Shown one piece after another: positions 1-11,000 of a stretch of DNA of 64,000 bases (positions are counted from its first letter, which is position 1; each line of letters opens with the position of its first letter). The DNA is from Amoebophrya sp. A120. Lineage: Eukaryota > Protista > Dinoflagellata. Below the pieces are notes generated by a model. It did no database searches and had not been told where the DNA came from. It saw only the letters and a list, made by a program, of their open reading frames with translations. The DNA lies in the NCBI GenBank assembly GCA_905178155.1, contig CAJINV010000014.1:1291858-1355857 (forward strand), given 5' to 3'. The position numbers and the translations under genes are program-made.

Positions 1-110
1 ATACGGTTCATCTCGCCTTTTAGAGTAAGAAAGTAGAGATGCGATGAAGAAGTCCAACTTGGATTTTCATCTAGCAGATTCTAAATGAACTACTAGGGAT
101 AGGAATAGCT

Positions 111-2434
111 ATGGCCTCCACAACCTCCACGTCGATTGCAGCCAACAACACGTCTTTGCCCCTCATCCGCGGTCTCTTGGACCAACTGCAGGCGCACATC
201 GAGGAGTATTCCATGAGTACCAACCGCACCCGGTGGAAACGGTTGAAAAACGACATCATCCTCAAAGACCAGGATTACGAGCAGGCACTGAAGCGACTAG
301 ATCCCAAGAAGGGCGACTATGCATTGCAAATATGTCTGGGTCTGGAAAAATGCCAGGTTTGTCATGCTCTGCTAGCATGACTGTCAACGTCAAGTCTGTC
401 ATGCAAGGTACCCACAAGCGCCACTTTTGTGTCATGCAAAAACCCAGCACCAGCTTCTCATGCAGAATAGGCAACACCAAGCGACTCAAAAACCTGTCAT
501 GCTGAGCCGGCATTCCTGGCGTTCTCTTGATTCGCCAACCAGCATCAGAAGTTTCAGACCCAGACACATTTGCATTTCATAGCGACCTGGAAGTCCCGAC
601 GTTCGTTGAGGCCCAGTTGAAGGACGACCTATCGGCGCTGGGCACCGTGGCGGCGGATGTCGCTGGGCACAGTTTTTTGTAACCTCTAAAGGCACGCTTG
701 ATGAACTTGTTAGCTGTACCAATTCAAGAACAAATCTGCGTTTTTTTTGCAACCCGGAAGAGCGTAGTAGAACAAGGACAAGCTGGTTGGTACCGGTCGT
801 CACCTCCGGAGTTGTGCACGACTTGACACCGATCCTGAAAATGCCAGTTTTGGCTCACCATAATTTGATGACCAATCACGACGCGGTCGAAAATTTCTCA
901 TTTGGAATCCGAATTCAACAAGAGCTGTTGACCACAACGAAGCCTCTTCTACATAAACCGGCTCGATTTTTTTCAAGAGCAGCCAGCTCTTTTGCGGACC
1001 AGGACGGTGCCGCTGGTGATGCTGTAGACAACAACGTTGCCGCAGGCGAAAGCAGCACAGTGGGTGCCCAGGCAGGGGATGGAACTACAGGAGATGCGGC
1101 TTCGCCTACCCCCGCTCCTTTCTTCATCGACCCCGTCGACGGGAAGCGTACGTCGATGGAATTGAAGCAGTTTCCGGACAAAATCCCCTCTGTGATCTCC
1201 CCGTTGGACAACGTCCGGATAAAGCAAGTCTTTAACGTTCTCGGAAACAAGGCGATCACTTCCGCAGAGGAAGCGACGACAAACGAAAACACATCTGGGT
1301 GGCCGAAGAATTTCTGGAAGAAGTTCAACCAGCTGGTGCTCTCGAATGTGTGGAACGATTTCAAGGCGGCGTGTCAAGCCGGAAAGCTGGACAAGAAGGG
1401 CAAAAATAACACCCCCCTCGGGTGGGCGCCGCGCATCGAGGAAAAGAAGATGCAGATGGCCGAGGGGTGCGAAGTCATTTACCAGAGCTTGAAGAACAGG
1501 ATCGGGAAAGCGAAGGATTTAGTGGTTGGAAAACAGGACTACTTTGCGGTGCCCGGTGACCCAGTGGAGGAGTTCAACACCCCTGGAGGCGGGGGAGCAG
1601 AAGACGAACCACCGGTGAGTTTCTCGATCGATCCCTCTGAAGATGAGGGGGCAAGAACATCAGAAGTAGAACAAGCAGGACGAGGACCTTTTTACTACCC
1701 GGTTCTCCAGGGCCCGAACCAATTCCACAAGTTGTGTATGCCGGGCGGCGGCGACAAATCCTGGCTCGTGAACTTGGAACGCACCTGCAACGCCTACCAC
1801 AAGGAGCGGCAGGCGGAGTTGCAGGCCGAGGAGCCGGCACCGGAGGACGTTTTCCGGAATCCGGAATTGGCGAGCGCCGACGCGTCGCCGGCAGCTGTGG
1901 CGGAAAAGGAGGCGAAGAAGGAAGAATTCCGGAAGAGCATGGCGAAGATCCACGACGCCGGCGGGGGTCAGGTGGAAAAGCCGCTAGCGTCCTCTTCTTC
2001 CGGCACGGCTATCAGGTCGATTGACGGCCGGGGCTATGAACTGCAAAAGTATCGTACTCGCAACATGAATGCACTACAAATTTTCTCAGCATGAGAAATA
2101 AAATTTGTAATGCTGATACTGATTTGCCTTGACAAAGAAAATTGTAATGCAAGACCTGCATTTATACGAGTAAGATACTTTTGCACAGCAACATAGGGGC
2201 TGGCCGCCCATCCAACTACCGGATTTCAACGTGAAAAAGTTGCTGCAAAAGAGCGACTTCTCTCTCGAGGACTTAGAGAAGAAAGGCCTGCAAATCCGGT
2301 GCATTCCGCTGGAGAAGTGGGACCCCAGTGTGCCGAACAAAATGAACACGATTGTGGAACCGCTAGTGACGGAGAGTACCAGCACGAGCTTCAAAGTACC
2401 CGACGGGTCGGTTCGAGAATTTCTGGAATTGTGA
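111..2434 (+). CDS. Multi-exon host gene, unknown protein (5' and 3' ends uncertain)
   Basis: ORF pieces 111-317, 587-~671, ~940-2034 and 2201-2434 join after intron removal. Removing 318-581 plus one GCGAC gives KKGD|LEVPTFVEAQLKDDL. Removing 2035-2195 plus one GGGGC gives DGRG|WPPIQLPDFNVKK. Further probable non-canonical introns lie near 672-740 and 809-939 (less certain). Confidence 0.65.
318..581. mobile_element. Introner/MITE, family B copy 1 (264 bp, TSD GCGAC)
   Basis: TAT...ATA ends. TIR tatgcattgcaaatatgtctgggtctg / cagacccagacacatttgcatttcata. GCGAC at 313-317 and 582-586. Removing 269 nt restores the frame. Confidence 0.9.
2035..2195. mobile_element. Introner/MITE, family A copy 1 (161 bp, TSD GGGGC)
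   Basis: TAT...ATA ends. TIR core tgcaaaagtatcgtactcg / cgagtaagatacttttgca. GGGGC at 2030-2034 and 2196-2200. Removing 166 nt joins ORF 787 to the frame of ORF 2231. Confidence 0.9.
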
Positions 2435-3851
2435 ACAATTTTTTCCATGAAGCTCTACTGATGTGTACTTACAGGACGAGCCGCTTGTTCATTGGCTTTC
2501 TGCTGTTGACGTTCCTCTTGTCATTGATTGTGGCGCGTTTTGCACGGGCTGACTCTTGACATGATCCTTGACGTAATATAATAAATACCTGACTATGACT
2601 TCCCGGACGGAGGCTGGAGCCCTCTGAACGCAATCATACCGCGGCACTGTTCTACAACCTGAGCCTGAGCGAAGTATGCAGAATTTCATGGTGTCTTTTC
2701 TGCAGCTAGACTTCTTTTTCCAATTCTACACAAATGGAAATTCCAGAACGACCTTAGTATTCGCATTCGGTTCTTCTGTGCTGCAGATATGGAAAGCGAA
2801 GCCTCGGTCGTGAAGCTTATGTGCTGGCGCCTACTTGTGTAGCAATAAATATGTTCCTGCTGTATGTTGCGCCAGGCGTTGTATAGTACTAGCACCGCGT
2901 CCACCAGTCCAGCACCTGGAAGATAATCACATTCTCGGTAAAAGTGCTGTGGTACCTACTCTCGTGCAACACTATCGTACAAGGACACCGACACAAGAAC
3001 GACTCGGTGATGAATTGTAATTACCCATCTCGTCCAGGTCCACGTCCACGTGCATGAAAGATACAGCTCGTCCTTGCTCAGATGATCATCGTACCGGAAG
3101 ATTTGTTTCTGTCGGTTTTATGCTGATGAAACCTTTGACAGCATACACGGTAACTGTAAAGTAGCGCCAAGATGAAGGCCAACCAAGAACGTCGTGATAG
3201 TTTCTACAACGTTGTCACCACGCAAATAAACAGGCCCATTTCCAGCAAAACCCCTTGCAAGATACACATTTGATTCGTCCTCAGAAACAAGCACATGAAC
3301 TTCATATTTGCTGCCGTTTGCGATTTCTTTTTGGAGGATGATGTGACGAATTTCTAGATCAATTTCAATTATTCTTATGCCGAATTCGAACTAGAGGCGC
3401 AACTTCTTTTTTCTCGCTAATGATCTAAATTTGACACAATATTCGAATCCGATTAGAAATTAATCCCATGTCATTCGGCACAATATGACTACACCTCAAT
3501 TTTGTACGGAAAAGCGATACAATTCGCTATTCTCTTGTCGCGCTGCTTTATTTTGGTGATACAGTTTGAGCTCTAGAAGTTTCGCTTTGACTATTCCATT
3601 TTCGGTAAAAATACGTCGTGTATTGGTATTCACAAAGAGTTTCACGGGTTCGGTGGATGCGCCACCTCGCAGCGGAAAAAGTTCTCGCAGCTTTCCGAAA
3701 TAAAAGTAGCACAGGAATTTTCAACACCAGCGGCACTTCCTCATCGTCGTGATCGTCGCGAAGCCGCTGTAACTACAAACCTAACCATCAGAGCTGTTGC
3801 CACCGTCACAGCAAGAGGTAAAACCGCAGCCACACCGAAGATATAGGAGCG

Positions 3852-5220
3852 ATGCAGTCGCGCGGCAACGCGGGTCAGCCTCAGGGACCTTCGCAGCCCA
3901 AGCCCAAAGCGAAGAAGAAGCAGACCATTGAGGATATCAACGAGATTAAGAAGGACCTGGTGAAGCCCTTTCGCACGCTGCACAGCACGTACGACCCCTT
4001 TCAACAGATTCACGGGTTTGGCGACGGGTCGGTCTACTTCGCGGAAGATGCCTGCGGATTCGATCAAATTGTGATAGACGAGTACTGCGACGCCTTTCGG
4101 CTGTCCGACGAATTTGGGGACGGGTTTGTGAATTACAAGGACCTACCGGTCATCATGATCCGGGTGGGTGCGTTTCCGCGATACAGCCTTCCGGAGCTGG
4201 GCGAAATCGACCGCGGCACCGCCTCGACGTAATATTGTGATTTTTTTTATGTTCTTGATCAGATCAGAGACAAGGCGGCCTTCATTCAAAAGATCAGCGG
4301 CAGGCGCTGGGGCAGAGTGCCGAGCGCCAACGGGGGAGAACACTGGCAACTAGAAAGCGACCAAGAAATTCGCTTTACGGTGACGGGAGAAGATTTCTGC
4401 GAAAACACGGGGCGAGAAATCAAAGACGTTGCGGGCCAAGCCTTCTACCGCAACCAGGAAGGCCTGTGGGTTGCGGAGTGACGCCGGCCGTCACAAATCT
4501 GTGTTCGAGTGTACGTCCACTCAAAGAAGGATGAGAAAAGACAATTTACAATGTCACGGACAAACACAAAGATGATGATGATGATGATGATCAGATCAGA
4601 CCTACAGACCACTTTTGAAATAATTCAATGGTTTTTCTCGTCATGTCGTGGTCGTGCTCGTCGTGTATCATGAAGACCTGCATGCAATGGTTTTGCGCTG
4701 CGTATACGATCCCGGCACAATGAAAATAAGTAAGTAAATCAATCCTTATCCTCCAAATCACAGTCCCTGGGTGTTTAAGCGGTTGGAGCATTGCGTGAAT
4801 GGGATCGACGAAGAGGGCACGAACATGTACGATTTTCAGTTCTTTCTGAAGTTGATGCGGAAGTGGGACGAAAACGGCCACAAGTACCTCGGGCAAGACG
4901 AGCTGTTGAATGCCTTCCGGATTTTGGATCTAGACAACAGCGGGTTTATCACAAGCAACGAGGTCAGGCAAATCATGAACGTGTTCGGCGACAAACTGTC
5001 GCTGGAAGAAGCAGATGGTATGCTGGAACTCGCAGACTTGGACGGGAACGGAAACATCAACTACGAAGAGTTTGTCGGGATCGTCGTCCAACAGATCGTG
5101 AAGAAGGGAAAACCACGGCAAGACTCCTCCGTGTCGGGTAACACGAGTCGCCCGCATAGCCGATTAAGTGGCGCGGGGGGAGGGGGTCTGGGGGCGACCA
5201 GTATCCCCGCGGGAATTTGA
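3852..5220 (+). CDS. Calmodulin/centrin-like EF-hand protein, 3 exons (3852-4228, 4268-4477, 4764-5220)
   Basis: EF-hand loops DEFGDGFVNYKD, DEEGTNMYDFQF, DLDNSGFITSNE and DLDGNGNINYEE. GT-AG introns 4229-4267 and 4478-4763 keep the frame. Confidence 0.85.
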
Positions 5221-6290
5221 TGTTGAGAGAGCAGGAACAAATTGAAATTCTCTCATCAGATTAAAGGAACGAATTTTTTATGTAGGCTTCATTTCTGCAA
5301 ACGAAACTTTCGTACAGATAAAAAGATTGTAACGGTAATACTACTAGCTTTTGAAAAAGGTTCAGACTTTTGATACCCCGGTGGGTCATCTGAATTTGTA
5401 TGGTCGTGAACATAGCTCTGCTGAAATAGTGCTTCGGAATACTATACGTCATTCTGGGTATTATTTGCGGACCCAAGTCCACAGTAGAACGTATGGCCGG
5501 GGTACAAGCCGGTCTAGGGGGCGGGGTTCGAGCTCCCTCTGAAGGTGAACAATGAGGCCTGTTTCTGTTTCGGGCATACTCCGTTTGTATTTTTTTACTC
5601 CCCTAGCGTTTGTTTTGTTGTTTTAACTTGCGTTTTCATGTTTGAAAAAAAAACCGTGAACAATAATCAAGAAAGTACTAGAGAACTGGACAGATGAACA
5701 TTTGTGGAACTTTTTTTCGTACTATAAACGGTAGTAAAAAGAGGTAAGCTAGAAGGTCTTGACGAACAGGACGCCGTACCGGCACTGGAGATCAGAAATA
5801 GTACTCATATCGTGGCGAAGTAAGTACTAGCACAGGCAGCTTCATCTTGAGATGGTACGACGTAGAACTAAATTTTGGATGATCGCGAAGATGTTGAATG
5901 ATTTCACTCCCACGGCAACAGTAAAAGTTTTGGTACATAATTTCCAGTATTCACAAAGATACGCGATTCGTAATTTGATTTTGTTCATTAAAAAAAAGCA
6001 AAAAATCCTACATTGTCTCCCGATACTACAAGACGAAACACGACCAGAGGACGTGCCAACAGCTTTTTTTGTATGACAACAATAAAAACCAAAAAAAATA
6101 AAAAAAAATATTTCCGAAGCGGAGACAGGATAAGACTTCATCGGCCAATCAAACATGTTGAACTCGTGGCATTTTGAACTTTTTTATTGATAGCATTGGT
6201 CTACAACAAACAGGCTCTGCTTTTCATCGATCATGAAAGACGGAACACTAGCTACGCCCTTCTAATTTTTCGAACTCTCAGCAGCACTAG

Positions 6291-6767
6291 TGTAGCGACG
6301 GGTGTCCATAGAAACCGTCTGTACACCATTCTCACCGTGTTCGAAGCGCAAAATAGCATTACAGATTTGCGAGGACAACATGAAAAGATCTTTTCTCCGC
6401 AACAACAAATTCCATTCAACAATAAAAATGAAGTAGATCACGAAATTCTTCTTGTGTACGAAAAAACGTAGCAACAATTTTCCAACACTAGAAATTGTAA
6501 TCCGGACTTCATAGCACGCGAAATTGGCGAGGCAAAACAGTGATGATGAATTTGCGCTGCTTCCAAAAACCATTTTGAACCCAAAAACAGTTAGGAAGTT
6601 TGAGACTACGACGTGCCGCAAACTGCATTGAGCACGCCTGTAAATCTTGAAGTTCAACATCTGTGACAAAACTTGAAAGTAAAATTACAATTGTGAATTC
6701 TTGTTCTCTGTGAAATCATCTTCACGAGAAACTTGCATTCTGTGTTCCACTAAGCACTTTTGCTACA
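6291..6767 (+). repeat. 5' LTR (477 bp)
   Basis: TG...CA ends with a 6-bp inverted repeat TGTAGC/GCTACA. Five substitutions versus the 3' LTR by manual comparison. Confidence 0.97.
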
Positions 6768-6768
6768 G

Positions 6769-6783
6769 TGGTACATCAGCCGG
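6769..6783 (+). promoter_or_regulatory. Primer-binding site, probably tRNA-Gly
   Basis: TGGTACATCAGCCGG starts one base after the LTR end. TGG pairs with the tRNA CCA end. The sequence resembles the complement of eukaryotic tRNA-Gly(GCC) 3' ends (TGGTGCAYYRGCCGG); the tRNA identity is inferred. Confidence 0.75.
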
Positions 6784-6900
6784 CTCGAAAAGACACCGGG
6801 TCAAAGAGAACAAACCGGATAAATAATCCGGAGCCAGTTTTTTTGCATTTAAAAACCGGCAATATTAAACAAAATGCTTTATTTAAATCTCAAAACGTCG

Positions 6901-8059
6901 ATGGCAACGCAAAGTGACTTCTTCTTCATCCAAATCCACCAGCAGCAGCTCGTCGGTCAAGGCAAATAAGCCGGTCGCCGACGCGGCCTGGGGCGCAATC
7001 GACTGTGGAGCAGACTGCTCGGTGATAGATAAAAACAAGGATTGGAGGGAAGCAACTGTATGTAATTGGCAGGCGGCAGTAGCAATCGCAGCCGCCTACC
7101 CAGAAAGCAATACGGTATTCGCGGTAACAAATCTGCCGGTGCAAACGTACAACGACGGCGGATCACCGGAAATACACCGAACAGAAGTAATCCTCTCCCC
7201 GCGCGGACTTGAAAAAGTCTTGCTGCTGGACACGGACGAGGTCAATAAGTGCTCGGAAACGCTCTTGGTGAAGTTGCGGGAGCAAGAGGCGGACGGAGAA
7301 ATCCGGCTCTTCCCCCCGAAGGAAAACGCTTTCGTCGGCGGCGTGAACATTAACGCTGAAAAGGCCGAGGTAGGACAAAAATTGCTTCGCACACCGGCGA
7401 CAGTCGAAGAGTACAACTCACCAAAAACCGGGCACGACTACCACGAAATTTACGACACTCTCCACCGCTTCTTCCCGCACGAACAAGACCTCCCAAAAGG
7501 GTATCGATGCAAAACTTGCGGTACGTCCGCAGACCCCGCCTCTCCGCTGTATCAAACCGAGGACGAAACTACAGCGTACGCGTGGGAGGCTGCGAGAAAA
7601 AAGTCGGGAACAAGCACGAGATTGCAATCGTACCGGGGTGGCGCGCAAATAAAGCACGCCCCTGGTGTCAGGGTTCAGTTGGACGACGACACAAGGCGGT
7701 ACTTCGAAGCAGGCCGCCTTGCGCCGAGGTTGAAGGACAACGCGAAAAAACAGTTAGACGCGATTCTCTGCGACATAAACAACACTCCGAGCGCGAGCCA
7801 CTACTGCGACGCCAAGCGTGTCCTCGATTACGAGCTGAAGACCTTGGCGGGAAACAACACGGAGTGGGTGCAAGCGACGTTCAGCTGGTTCAAGAAAAAC
7901 AATTTGGGACCGGATCACGACACTCGGTTCGTCTACGTGAACCCCTCCGAAATCACGCCCTGGGACGTGGTGAACGCTTTCGCGCAATTCGACTATCCCG
8001 CCTTCCAATTCCTTGACTGCGACCTAAACCGCATTAGCGCAGACGAGCTGGAGTGCTAA
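6901..8059 (+). CDS. Retroelement upstream ORF (ORF0, ~381 aa) with a retropepsin-like motif
   Basis: Open frame 6914-8059 has no in-frame ATG. ATG 6901 is one base out of frame. Motif AIDCGADCSVI has its Asp at 7001. Confidence 0.7.
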
Positions 8060-8067
8060 ACAATTCT

Positions 8068-11000
8068 ATGAACGACACCACGGGGACGCCAGCGTCGCCA
8101 GCCATGTCGAGCATGGAAGAAGCACTTGACGACCTCCAGGAAGCGGAGCAAAAAACAGCCGCCGCGGGAGAGCAGCAGCAACAAGAAATCGGGCTGGTTG
8201 TCAGGGCAACAGAAGGAGAAATAACAGTGTCCGCGGGCGGCGAACCGCAAACCCCGGTGCTGTTCACTTCTCTGTCTTCAAATGTCTCAATGCCAGATGC
8301 AGAAAGCGGAAACCGCTTGCAGCCGCCGCGGGGAGCGAATACAGAAATAAACTTCAGCCTCAGCTCGATAACAAACGAGTCATTTCTTGCAGAATTGCTG
8401 GCCTTGTGCGAGAAGAACAGGGACGAAATGACGACGAAAATCGGCAGCGTTGCGGCAAACTGCGAAAACGGGATTGCCGGGCTACATCGTCGACTGGAGC
8501 TGCAGCACAGCGGCACTCGCGGAGAAATCGCGACACTGCAAAATCGCGACTCGATGCTGGACAACAAAATCCAAGATTTCAAAGGGGAATTATTGCAGAA
8601 CCATGTTACGCAGATTACCGCGGTGGAGAAAATCCAAGCGGACTTCTCCGCCCTCGAGCAAAACTTCGGAGCAATTATCGGCCAGCATCTCAAACAGCAG
8701 CTGCTCGCAGTCCTCGCAAACGACCCGCAGTTCCACGCGCTACACATCATGGTCAATAAGCCCCAGGCAATGGAAATGGTGCAGGAAGCAATTAGCCGTT
8801 CGTACAAGCTAGCAGAGCTGTTTGGAAAGCTAGAAGATAGGGTAAACATCCAGGTGCTGGTGGCATTGCAACAGGTCCCACAAGTCCGGGATCTGGTGTC
8901 GTCGGTCTGCGAGCTTGTCTTGAAAAACGAAGCAAACCAGAAGGCCATTCAAGCCACAGCACAAGCGGTTGCGCAAGACGTGGCAGACGCAGCCAGCGAC
9001 AACCTCATCATGTACAAACAGCAAATCGAATTTCAGGTCGATGGCCAGGCGACAAAGCAAGAGCAGACTCAACAAGACCAAATCCTCATCGATCAGCAAA
9101 TCCGCTCCCTCGCAGAAGATAGGCAGAATCTAGCAGGCCGCGTGGAGAAAACCGAAGAAGCGATAGTCTTGCTCCAGCACGCTGCGACAATAAACGCTGA
9201 AAATCCGCCTGCTGCGCATAACACGCAATCAGCCAACTCCGAAATCTCGGCTCTGTTCCCAGATATGACGCTGGCAACGCGCATGGAAAAGTTGGAGCGT
9301 CGGCTACAAACGGACGATGAGTTCGCTCAACGCCTTTGCAAGCTCGAAATCTCATCAGCTATCAAGCCCTTGCAGGAATCTCTGGAAAAACTGCAACTGC
9401 AACCGCCGCAGCAGCAAGCGAGTCTGCAAGTCGAACCGTTGGCAAGTACGGATGCAGAAACGACCAGTAAGCTTGATGGCGTCTTCGAGCAGAAGCAACA
9501 TGAGATAAATGATTTCTTCGTGGACAAAAAGAAAATTTTCGTTGACGAAATGCAAAAATCCAAAGCCGAAATTGAAAGTTTCTTTGCAGGAAAAAAGAAG
9601 GAGGTCGACGACGCGCGTGACAATCTTGCCGAATTGCGCGCGTCGCTGCAGGAAAAACTCGACAAGCTCGGAGGCGAAGATGTCGTGAGCCGGCAGCTTC
9701 TGCTGGAGGAGAAGTGGAAACAGCTCGACCATAAGCTCCACGAAAGCCAGGTCTCGCTGCAAACCAAGCTGGAGCAGCTAAACGAAACTAAGGAGCAGCA
9801 CCAGGACGACTTGCGGGACGCCAAACTCAACATAAACCTGCACAACAGCCAGCTGCAAATCCTTACGGACCTTCTGCAAACCAAAGCGCCCAACAGGAGA
9901 GAAAACGATAATAGGACGGTAAGCGACCGGTTAGTCGAGCTCGAGGATGCGGTGCAAGAGTGGAATGAAGCCGCAGAGCGGCACAGCTTCTTCGACGAGG
10001 CCGAATACCTCACATGCCCGCAAGCAGCTCCAGCAACTGTAGGGACGCAAAGCGAGAGAATTAGCACGACAATCCAGAACAACCCAGGACAAGCCGCAGC
10101 CGCGCAGGTTTTTGACATCTCCACGCCAGCCAAAGCCGGGGAAATCCGAGGTCAAGATCCGCTGTCGCAGCAGCAAGCACTGATGTCGCCGGAGCAGAAA
10201 GAATACGCGAGAAACCTCTCGGCCGCGCAGCCGCGCTGCAGCGCGGAAGCAGACCGTGACCCTCCAGCAATCAGAACATCATATCATCCGCCCGTGCAAA
10301 GCTCGACTCTACAGGCCGCGAACATCTGTGATGCAATTATGTCGCAGAAGAAGACTCCCGCATCCGTGAATTCGCAAAGAGGCGCATTCGCAGCAGGGTT
10401 CGGTGCTGCCGCTCCTCCGCAGGGTGCACATTATGCGCCGCGATTCTCCAGCTCCAGTGCCGCAAGCAGCGAGATGCACTACTACTCCGAGCAAAATTTT
10501 AACTTCGGAAATTCGCCGCCGGCAAGAGCAATGCCTGCCCCGCGTGAAAGCAACCCGTACACGGAAACGGCGCAAAATAGAGAGGCAGCATTCTCGTTCT
10601 TTGCCCAGCAAAACCAACAGCAAGGCGCATATGCGTACCCGCAGCAAAACGAGCAGCAACAGTACCAAATCGCGAACTTGCCCACGGGAAGCTGGGCGTC
10701 GCATGACTTTGCAGGAGCCAACCTCCCGTCCCTCCGACAACAGCAAAGCGGTGCGTTCTTTGAAAAAACGCTGTCGCGGCGGGGAAGCGCGGAATCGGAC
10801 GTTGGAGACAGCGCCAGTGTAGTGGCGTCAATCGCCGGGGTTTCCGCAACCGCCTCCTCCGCAAGCGCAAGCAGCAAGCTCGTATCAGCAGTTGGCGACG
10901 GTGTAGGACAAACGGAATATTTCGCAGCCGAGCTCGTACCACGAAATGAGCGCGCGTGGCGCTCGCGCTTCGGAGGCACTGCAAAAATCCTCGCAACAGA

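Noticed and set aside
843-858. Relict dinoflagellate spliced leader (TTTTGGCTCA)
   Set aside because: Only a ~10-nt match, it lacks the terminal AAG, and it lies inside a gene or putative intron rather than upstream of a start codon.
6187-6669. ORFs overlapping the LTRs (6187-6471, 6262-6669, 24987-25382, 24999-25184)
   Set aside because: They cross LTR boundaries, have non-ATG or differing starts, and are duplicated only because the LTR is.
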